A stretch of DNA of 64,000 nucleotides from Actinomycetota bacterium (GTDB taxonomy: Bacteria > Actinomycetota > Thermoleophilia > UBA2241), in NCBI GenBank assembly GCA_012514235.1, contig JAAZAR010000008.1, positions 4,593 to 68,592 of the forward strand. Reading direction: 5' to 3'. The number at the start of each line of letters is the position of its first letter. Position 1 is the first letter of the stretch. The translations under genes and the position numbers were made by a program. Positions 46,206 through 55,082 of the stretch are shown in pieces. Below the pieces are notes generated by a model. It worked only from the letters and a program-made list of their open reading frames with translations. It ran no database searches and had not been told where the DNA came from.

Positions 46206-46521
46206 CCGGCCGCGCATGCCGGTCGGGGCTTGAGGGTAGAATACAGACCTGATAAGGTTTGATTCAGAAGATGGGAGCCGGTTCTCCGCCCAGGCGCCGA
46301 GCGCCGGGCGATTCCTCCCGAGGCAGACCCCCAGACATTGTGACGACCGGGCAGTGTTCTGAACGAAAGGAACACCAGTCCCTATCCAGTCGGGCCGCCC
46401 TGAGGGCGGCCACCCACCAGACGGACTCCCGCGCACACCCCTGATCCCCGGCGAGCACTCCACTGCACCCGGGGAGGCAGGCGTTCCGCCGCGTACGGAC
46501 CCGTCGAGGAAGCGAGTACCA

Positions 46522-48201
<1,680 letters not shown>

Positions 48202-48211
48202 GAGCCGGCTG

Positions 48212-48238
48212 GGTGCATCCCGCTGCCGCGGATGCACC
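48212..48238 (+). terminator. Hairpin downstream of the helicase gene
   Basis: GGTGCATCC-9 nt-GGATGCACC, a perfect 9-bp stem 10 nt after the stop codon. Confidence 0.5.
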
Positions 48239-48260
48239 TGCGCGGCCGCGGCGGCCGCGG

Positions 48261-48289
48261 CTGACACCGCGCCGATAGCTTGCTATACT
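48261..48289 (+). promoter_or_regulatory. Sigma-70/SigA-like promoter for tRNA-Val (CTGACA-17 nt-TATACT)
   Basis: The -35 CTGACA is at 48261-48266 and the -10 TATACT at 48284-48289. The tRNA 5' end lies 14 nt downstream. Confidence 0.55.
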
Positions 48290-48302
48290 CCCGTTCCTGC
48301 GT

Positions 48303-48378
48303 GGGCGACTAGCTCAGTTGGGAGAGCGCCAGCTCGACAAGCTGGAGGTCGTTGGTTCAATTCCAACGTCGCCCACCA
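48303..48378 (+). tRNA. tRNA-Val (anticodon GAC), CCA encoded
   Basis: A manual cloverleaf folds cleanly. The acceptor stem is GGGCGAC/GTCGCCC and the D arm is GCTC-AGTTGGGA-GAGC. The anticodon arm is CCAGC-TCGACAA-GCTGG. The variable loop is AGGTC and the T arm is GTTGG-TTCAATT-CCAAC. The discriminator is A, followed by CCA. Confidence 0.85.
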
Positions 48379-48492
48379 TCCGCCTTCTCTCGCCAGTCCG
48401 TGACGCCGGCCTGTCAGGCTCGGACCCTCACCATGGTCAGCGTTTCCGGCTCGCACCTCCGGCCGGGGCATCCGCGCCGCCGCTCGCTCCCG

Positions 48493-49089
<597 letters not shown>

Positions 49090-49233
49090 GTCGAGGGACC
49101 TCCGTCGCCGTCCTGCTGGTGGCGAGGTCGACGCGCGCGGCAGGGCCGCGCGGGCGTGTTCCTCGTCGTCAGCGTACTCCTTCTGCCGCCCGGCCGGGAA
49201 CGTCGCGCGCGCTGCCGCATGGACGCCGCGCGG

Positions 49234-49893
49234 TCACGAACGAGACGCGGCGATCGCCTCGCGGATGAGCCGCACGCCGCGTGAGGCGTCGTCCGCCCAG
49301 TGGTCGGCGCCGGTCCACTGCGAGGTGTGCTCGTCGACGATGCCGCCGCCGATGATGATGGGCACGCCGCGCAGCTCGTCCTCGGCGCGCACGGCGTCGA
49401 TGGTCGCCTTCATGCCGTCCGTCGCGATGGTGAGCAGTCCCGAGAGGCCGATGATGTCCGGCCGCAGTTCGGCCGCCTTGCGCACGATCTCGTCGGGCGG
49501 CACGTCGACGCCCAGGTCGTGGACGACGATCCCGTACGACCGCAGCATCATGTTGACGATGTTCTTGCCCAGGTCGTGGATGTCGCCGCGCACGGTCGCG
49601 ATGAGCACGCTGCCGTGTGTGGCGTCCTCCGTCTCGGGCGGCAGCAGCGGTCCCAGCGCGACCATGGCCTCGCGGAAGATCTCCCCAGCCATGATGAGGC
49701 CGGAGATGAAGTACTTGCCGGACTGGTAGTGCTCGCCGACCCAGCGCATGCCGAGCTGGCACTCCTCGATGATGGCGAGGGGATCGTCGCCGGCCGCGAT
49801 GCGGGCGTTGACCGCATCCAGCGCGCCCTGCTCGTCGAGCGCGGCGATGCGCGCCGCGAGCGACGCCGGGTCCAGGCTCTCGTACTCTGTCAT
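49234..49893 (-). CDS. Cobalamin-binding corrinoid protein (B12-binding_2 cap + B12-binding Rossmann domain), regulator-linked type (CP1)
   Basis: 219 aa with the His-on motif VRGDIHDLGKN, GLSGLL, and IIGGG. ATGA overlap with the GntR gene upstream. An AAGGAGGAG RBS lies inside the GntR 3' end. Confidence 0.85.
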   Translation of the reverse strand: MTEYESLDPASLAARIAALDEQGALDAVNARIAAGDDPLAIIEECQLGMRWVGEHYQSGKYFISGLIMAGEIFREAMVALGPLLPPETEDATHGSVLIATVRGDIHDLGKNIVNMMLRSYGIVVHDLGVDVPPDEIVRKAAELRPDIIGLSGLLTIATDGMKATIDAVRAEDELRGVPIIIGGGIVDEHTSQWTGADHWADDASRGVRLIREAIAASRS

Positions 49894-50675
49894 CGGCGTC
49901 TCCTCCTTGCGCCGGCCCTGCCCTCCGGTGCCGGCGCCCCGACGCTCGCGCGGAACGAGAACAGCTCACCCCGGGAGATGAAGCATCCCCAGCTCATCGG
50001 CTTCTCGTCGTAGCCGTAGAAGATGTGCTCCAGGACCCACGCCGCGGAACCGGCCGGCAGGCGCAGCCTGCCGGCCTCCTCCTCCGTGAGCACCGAAGCG
50101 TGCAGGATGAGCTCGCCGCGCTTGGGCCCCGAGCCCGCCCCGCCCTCGAACATGTCGCGGAGGGCGGTGACGTCGAGCTCGGATTCGATGGTAGGCCGGG
50201 TCGGATCGTAGATGAGCGACTCGCGGTGGTAGATGAGGGGCGTGTCGCCCCGCTGCAGGATGCGCCGTATGGACACCACGTGGGTGCCGTCCGGCACGCC
50301 GAGATTGGCGGCGGCGCGCGGTCCGGCAGGCAGGACGCGCGCCTCGACCACCCTCGCCGTCACGTCCGGCTGGGACAGGATCTCGTGGAACTCGCTGAGG
50401 TCGAAGGTCGCCGTCGCGAGGCGCAGCGGCTGCACGAACGTGCCGCGGCCGCGCGTGGTGGTGACGGCTCCCTGGTCGAGCAGCATGCCGATAGCGCGCC
50501 GCACCGTCATGGGGCTCACGTCGTAGGCGGCGCAGAGCTCGGACTCGGTGGGCAGCTGGTCGCCCGCCTGGTACTGGCCGCTGGCGATGGCTCCGCGCAG
50601 GATGTTCACCAGCTGGATGTACGCCGGTTCATAGGAAGAACGGTCGATCCCGCGCCCCTGTGGGATGGTCGCCAT
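49890..50675 (-). CDS. GntR-family (HutC subfamily, UTRA effector domain) transcriptional regulator (GntR1)
   Basis: A winged-HTH region (LPTESELCAAYDVSPMTVRRAIGMLLDQGAVTTTRGRGTFV) and a UTRA-like C-terminal half. The start is the ATG at 50675; the ORF is open to 50741. Confidence 0.85.
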   Translation of the reverse strand: MATIPQGRGIDRSSYEPAYIQLVNILRGAIASGQYQAGDQLPTESELCAAYDVSPMTVRRAIGMLLDQGAVTTTRGRGTFVQPLRLATATFDLSEFHEILSQPDVTARVVEARVLPAGPRAAANLGVPDGTHVVSIRRILQRGDTPLIYHRESLIYDPTRPTIESELDVTALRDMFEGGAGSGPKRGELILHASVLTEEEAGRLRLPAGSAAWVLEHIFYGYDEKPMSWGCFISRGELFSFRASVGAPAPEGRAGARRRRR

Positions 50676-50741
50676 GCGCCTGCCAGTCTCGGTCTCGTGC
50701 ACGATGCGGATTCTATCAGCGCCGCAGAACGGGAGCGGCAC

Positions 50742-50774
50742 TTGCCTTCGACAAAATATCTATACATTATGTCC
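50742..50774 (+). promoter_or_regulatory. Candidate promoter/operator in the GntR1-module A divergent region (TTGCCT..; shared motif GACAAAATATCTATACATTATGT)
   Basis: This is an AT-rich island in ~70% GC DNA. The motif at 50750-50774 recurs at 52826-52850. Confidence 0.5.
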
Positions 50775-50820
50775 TACCGAGACACAAGGCGCCGTGCGCG
50801 CGCCGTACAGGGAGGTACAC

Positions 50821-51456
50821 ATGTCGAAGGAGCTGACGAACGCCATCGTCGGCATGGACGAGGCGGAGGCCATGCGTCTCGTCGACGAGATGCTCGACGC
50901 GGGCGCCGACCCGGCTGACGTGCTGGAGGAGGCCAAGGCCGCGATGACCGTGCTCGGCGAGAAGTTCGAGTGCGAGGAGGCTTTCATCCCGGAACTCATC
51001 ATGGGCGGCGAGATCATGAAGGGCATCGCCGACGAGCTCAAGCCCCACATCACGGGTGGGTCGACGGCGCAGAAGCGCGGCACGGTCGTGCTCGGCACCG
51101 TGGCCGGCGATATCCACGACATCGGCAAGGACGTGGTCGTCCTCATGCTCGACGTCAACGGGTACGACGTGCACGACCTGGGCATCGACGTCCCGGTCGA
51201 GCAGTTCGTCGAGGCCGTCAAGGAGCTCAAGCCGCAGGTGGTGGGTCTCTCCGGCCTGCTCACCCTGGCGTTCGACTCCATGAAGGCCACCATCGACGGC
51301 ATCGCGGCCGCCGGCCTGCGCGACCAGGTGAAGGTCATGATCGGCGGCTCGCCGGTGGACGAGCAGGTCTGCGCGTACACCGGCGCCGACGGCTGGGGCC
51401 GGGATGCGGCAGCCGCGGTGCGCATGGTCGCCGAGTGGACCGGGAGCGCGGCATGA
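50821..51456 (+). CDS. Cobalamin-binding corrinoid protein, methyltransferase-linked type (CP2)
   Basis: 211 aa with the cap-domain motif EAFIPELIMGGEIM and the His-on motif VAGDIHDIGKD, plus GLSGLL. A GGGAGG RBS is present. Confidence 0.88.
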   Translation: MSKELTNAIVGMDEAEAMRLVDEMLDAGADPADVLEEAKAAMTVLGEKFECEEAFIPELIMGGEIMKGIADELKPHITGGSTAQKRGTVVLGTVAGDIHDIGKDVVVLMLDVNGYDVHDLGIDVPVEQFVEAVKELKPQVVGLSGLLTLAFDSMKATIDGIAAAGLRDQVKVMIGGSPVDEQVCAYTGADGWGRDAAAAVRMVAEWTGSAA

Positions 51457-52709
51457 CGGCCGCGCCCGAGGAGCTCTATGCGGAGCGCGAGCGGCGCTTC
51501 AACGACGCGGTGGCGCTGAAGGGGACGGACGTCATCCCCGTCATGCCGCTGACGGTGCACAACTTCCCGACTCGCCTCAAGGGCATCTCGAACAAGGTCG
51601 CGGGCTACGATCACGAGGCCCGCTGGCAGGCCACCAAGGAGGCCACCCTGCGGTTCGGCTGGAACTTCGCGCCGACCAACGACGTGCTCGCCTCCGACTT
51701 CTTCGCCTCCTTCGGCTCCAAGCAGATGATGTGGGCCGGGGAAGAGGGGGGTCTCGCCGACGACGCCCCGCATCAGTGGGTCGAGGACGAGTACGTCAAG
51801 GCGGACGAGCTCGAGGAGTTCATCGCCGATCCCAACGGGTTCACGTTCACGAGGATCTTCCCGCGCATGGGGAGCAGGCTGGAGGGCCTCGGGCAGGTCC
51901 CGTTGCCGCCGCTGTACTGGTTCTCCAACGCCTACTACCTGCAGGTGCTCGGCAACATGCTGGGCATCCCGCCGGTCCGCGAGGCGCTGCGTGCCTTCCT
52001 CGACATGGCGGACGCGCAGGCGAAGACCAACGCGGCGAACGCCAGGTACCTCCAGGAGATGAAGGATCTCGGCTATCCGCCCACCTGGGCGGCCGCGATC
52101 ATGCCCGCGTTCGACGTGTGCTCCGACACGCTGCGGAGCCTGCGCGGCAGCACACTCGACATGTTCCGGCAGCCCGACACGCTCCTCAAAGCGATCGACG
52201 TCATGCAGGAGGCGACCCTCGGGCTGGTGCACGCGGCCTTCGCGGTCACCGGCGTGCCACGCCAGTTCATCCCCATGCACAAGGGTGCGGCGGGCTTCAT
52301 GAGCAACGAGCAGTACGCCAGGTTCTACTGGCCGACCTTCAAGGCCCTCATCGAGGAGTGCATCGCGGCCGGCATCACGCCGGTCCCGCTGTTCGAGGGC
52401 GACTACACGCCGCGCCTCGAGTTCCTGGCGGAGCTGCCGCCGGGCAAGGTCGCGGCGCACTTCGACCGCGTCGACCGCAAGAAGTTCAAGGAGGTGTGCG
52501 GCGACGTGCTGTGCTTCTGGGGCAACGTCCCGGCTTCGCTGCTCGTCACCGGGACGCCGCAGCAGGTCAAGGACGACGTCAAGGAGCTCATCGACCTGTT
52601 CGGCGAGACCGGGCTCATCATCGACGGCCCGGGCACGATCCCCGACCAGGCGAAGCCGGAGAACGTCGAGGCGCTGGCCGAGGCCGTCGAGGAGTACGGC
52701 CGGCGTTGA
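51453..52709 (+). CDS. URO-D (uroporphyrinogen decarboxylase)-fold, MtaA/CmuA/O-demethylase-MT-I-like putative substrate:corrinoid methyltransferase (MT-A)
   Basis: 418 aa. The segment FIPMHKGAAGFMSNEQYARFYWPTFKALI..PLFEGDY..HFD aligns by eye to the URO-D family core (lFDSWAG.LS...F.eF..Py.k.i..il.kG....D). ATGA overlap with CP2. Confidence 0.7.
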   Translation: MTAAPEELYAERERRFNDAVALKGTDVIPVMPLTVHNFPTRLKGISNKVAGYDHEARWQATKEATLRFGWNFAPTNDVLASDFFASFGSKQMMWAGEEGGLADDAPHQWVEDEYVKADELEEFIADPNGFTFTRIFPRMGSRLEGLGQVPLPPLYWFSNAYYLQVLGNMLGIPPVREALRAFLDMADAQAKTNAANARYLQEMKDLGYPPTWAAAIMPAFDVCSDTLRSLRGSTLDMFRQPDTLLKAIDVMQEATLGLVHAAFAVTGVPRQFIPMHKGAAGFMSNEQYARFYWPTFKALIEECIAAGITPVPLFEGDYTPRLEFLAELPPGKVAAHFDRVDRKKFKEVCGDVLCFWGNVPASLLVTGTPQQVKDDVKELIDLFGETGLIIDGPGTIPDQAKPENVEALAEAVEEYGRR

Positions 52710-52734
52710 CGCGCGGCGTTGACGCACGTCGCGA

Positions 52735-52787
52735 GCCGGCCGACGAAGTGTCCGTCGGCCGGTTCGTCCCGCCACGCGGAACGAACC
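52735..52787 (+). terminator. Two adjacent hairpins after MT-A, the second followed by a T-rich tract
   Basis: Hairpin 1 is GCCGGCCGACG-7 nt-CGTCGGCCGG (52735-52762). Hairpin 2 is GGTTCGTCCCGC-cac-GCGGAACGAACC (52761-52787), followed by GCTCCGCTCTTTG. Confidence 0.5.
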
Positions 52788-52812
52788 GCTCCGCTCTTTG
52801 ATACGCTGACGG

Positions 52813-52850
52813 TTGACAGGACTTTGACAGAATATCTATATATATGTGCT
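52813..52850 (+). promoter_or_regulatory. Promoter (TTGACA-18 nt-TATATA) with the shared operator-like motif GACAGAATATCTATATATATGT, upstream of the ABC transporter genes
   Basis: The -35 TTGACA is at 52813-52818 and the -10 TATATA at 52837-52842. The motif at 52826-52850 matches 50750-50774 (shared core GACA-AATATCTATA-AT). Confidence 0.55.
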
Positions 52851-52912
52851 GCTCACCAGACATGGGGTCGATCGGAAGGCCCCGCAACGTCCACCGGGAC
52901 AAAGGGGAGACT

Positions 52913-54157
52913 ATGAGACGTTTCAAGCAGACCTTCGGCATGGGGCTCGCCGTGCTGCTCCTGCTGAGCATCATGCTCGCGGGCGGCGTGCTGGCCGCCG
53001 GGTGCGGGAACGACGACGGCGCCGACGGCGAGAGCGGCGGTGAGCTCATCATCGGCGTCGACGCCTCCATGAGCGGTCCGCTGGCCGGTTTCGGCGCGTA
53101 CCAGAAGTGGGCCATCGACAAGGCCGTCGCCGAGATCAACGATGCCGGCGGTCTGGACGTCGGCGGCGAGAAGATGACCGTCAAGACGATCCTCTACGAC
53201 AACAAGAGCGACCCGAACGTCGCCTCGAGCAACGTCGACACGCTCATCAACAAGGACGGCGCGATCGCCATCATCGGCCCGGTGACCCCGGCCGTCGGCA
53301 ACGCCGCCGCCCTTGCCGCCGAGAAGAACGGCATCCCCTACCTCGAGACCGGCAACCCGATCGAGCCCTTCATCGCCGTGAAGGCCGACTCCGGCGGCTG
53401 GAAGTACGCGTTCAACTTCTTCGTGCTCGCCCCGCCGGTGGCCGAGAACGCGTTCAAGTTCCCGGTCGACCTGGGCCTCAAGACCAACATGAAGACCTTC
53501 ATCAGCGTCGACAACAGCCCCGACGGTCCCGTGTTCGGCCCGGCCTGCAAGGCCGCTGCCGAAGCCAACGGCTGGGAAGTCGTCGGCATGGAGACGCACC
53601 CTGCCTCGCAGACCGAGTTCAACAGCCTCATCTCGAAGATGAAGGCGTCGGGAGCCGACTACGTCTACGTGCTCGGCGACACCCCGTCCTTCGTCGCTCT
53701 CAGCAAGCAGATGGCTGCCGCCAACTACGCTCCGAAGATCCTCTACTACCAGCGTGGCGCGCAGCTCCAGGAGTTCGCGGACGCAGCCGGCGATCTCGCC
53801 AACGGCGTGACGCTCGAGGCCTACTGGCTGCCCACCATGCCGTACCCGGGTGCCGCCGAGCTCGGCGCCGCCTACGAGGCCGACACCGGCAAGAAGGCCG
53901 GCCAGATCCTCGGTCCGGAGTACGCCGCGGCCCAGATCATGATGCAGGCCATCAGCAGGGCCGGCAGCACCGAGCCCCAGGCCATCGTGGACGCCCTCGC
54001 GGCGACGGACGACACGTTCGTATGCGGCCCCGTCAAGTTCGACGAGAACCACACCTCCGCGCTGAACCTGGTCGTCGCCCAGTGGCAGGACGGCACGTCG
54101 CAGCAGATCTGGCCCGAGGGTGAGGGCGCGGTCCCGGCTATCTTCCCGATGCCCTGA
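52913..54157 (+). CDS. ABC transporter substrate-binding lipoprotein, LivJ/LivK (Peripla_BP_6) family
   Basis: A lipobox (LAAGC) follows the signal peptide. The family-typical N-terminal segment is IGVDASMSGPLAGFGAYQKWAIDKAVAEINDAGG. A GGGGAG RBS is present. Confidence 0.88.
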   Translation: MRRFKQTFGMGLAVLLLLSIMLAGGVLAAGCGNDDGADGESGGELIIGVDASMSGPLAGFGAYQKWAIDKAVAEINDAGGLDVGGEKMTVKTILYDNKSDPNVASSNVDTLINKDGAIAIIGPVTPAVGNAAALAAEKNGIPYLETGNPIEPFIAVKADSGGWKYAFNFFVLAPPVAENAFKFPVDLGLKTNMKTFISVDNSPDGPVFGPACKAAAEANGWEVVGMETHPASQTEFNSLISKMKASGADYVYVLGDTPSFVALSKQMAAANYAPKILYYQRGAQLQEFADAAGDLANGVTLEAYWLPTMPYPGAAELGAAYEADTGKKAGQILGPEYAAAQIMMQAISRAGSTEPQAIVDALAATDDTFVCGPVKFDENHTSALNLVVAQWQDGTSQQIWPEGEGAVPAIFPMP

Positions 54158-54203
54158 CCCTGCTCCACGCTGAACGTCTGATCTGAGAAGAGGAGACACG
54201 CCG

Positions 54204-55082
54204 ATGCCCAGCAGTACCGAACTGATCACCGCGATCCTCAGCGGGCTGGGCATCGGCGGCCTCTTCGCCGTTGCCGCGCTGGGGCTCTCCCTGGTGTTCG
54301 GCGTCATGCGGCTCATCAACCTCGCCCACGGCGAGCTCATCGTCCTGGGCGCCTATGTGGCCTACAGTCTCACGCAGTGGATCGGCATCGATCCCCTGCT
54401 GAGCATCGTCATCGTTGCGCCGGTGGTGGCTCTGGCCGCCTACCCGCTGCAGCGGTGGGGCCTCACCCCCGTGATGAGCAAGGGCGCCGAGGCGCCCTTG
54501 CTCATCACCTTCGGGGTGTCCATCGTCCTGCAGAACCTGTTCATCCTCATCTACACGCCCGACGTGCGCTCCCTGAGCGCGTCGTACTCGCAGGCCAACT
54601 TCACGATCGGCGGCATCACCATCCCCGTCATCTACGTCATCACGCTGGTGGTGGGCATCGTGCTGCTGTACGCGACACACCTGGTCGTGACCCGTACGGG
54701 CTTCGGCCGGCAGATCAGAGCCGGGTCCGAGGACCCGGCGGCTGCCGGCATGATGGGCGTCAACGTCAGGCGCATGTACGCCTGGACCTTCGCCGTCGCG
54801 GCCGGGTCGGCCGCCATCGCCGGCATCCTGGTCGCCCTGGCCTTCTCCTTCGCGCCCTCCGCCGGCACCGCGTACCTCATCACCGGGTTCGCCGTGGTCG
54901 TGCTCGGCGGCATCGGCAGCATCAAGGGCACGCTCATCGGCGGCCTCCTGCTCGGCGTGATCCAGAGCATCGGCGCCGCCTTTGTGGGCGACGGCTGGCG
55001 CGTCTTCATCGGCTGCGCCGTCGTCCTCGTCGTCCTGTCCATCCGGCCGCAAGGCCTCTTCGGCGCCACGGAGGGCAACTGA
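54204..55082 (+). CDS. ABC transporter permease, LivH type
   Basis: 292 aa, polytopic, with the LivH-like N-terminus GLFAVAALGLSLVFGVMRLINLAHGE. Confidence 0.88.
   Translation: MPSSTELITAILSGLGIGGLFAVAALGLSLVFGVMRLINLAHGELIVLGAYVAYSLTQWIGIDPLLSIVIVAPVVALAAYPLQRWGLTPVMSKGAEAPLLITFGVSIVLQNLFILIYTPDVRSLSASYSQANFTIGGITIPVIYVITLVVGIVLLYATHLVVTRTGFGRQIRAGSEDPAAAGMMGVNVRRMYAWTFAVAAGSAAIAGILVALAFSFAPSAGTAYLITGFAVVVLGGIGSIKGTLIGGLLLGVIQSIGAAFVGDGWRVFIGCAVVLVVLSIRPQGLFGATEGN

Noticed and set aside
50775-50820. A possible cobalamin riboswitch in the leaders of the corrinoid modules (also 52851-52912 and 61367-61464).
   Set aside because: I could not find a B12-box-like element or the multi-stem architecture, and two of the leaders are too short (45-60 nt). 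This should still be confirmed with Infernal.
54377-55081. The N-terminal 235 codons of the 1100-aa ORF 54377-57679.
   Set aside because: This part overlaps the LivH-type permease gene out of frame and translates to Arg/Gly/His-rich nonsense. The real gene starts at the ATG at 55082 (MQTVLRSL..), which overlaps the livH-type stop.
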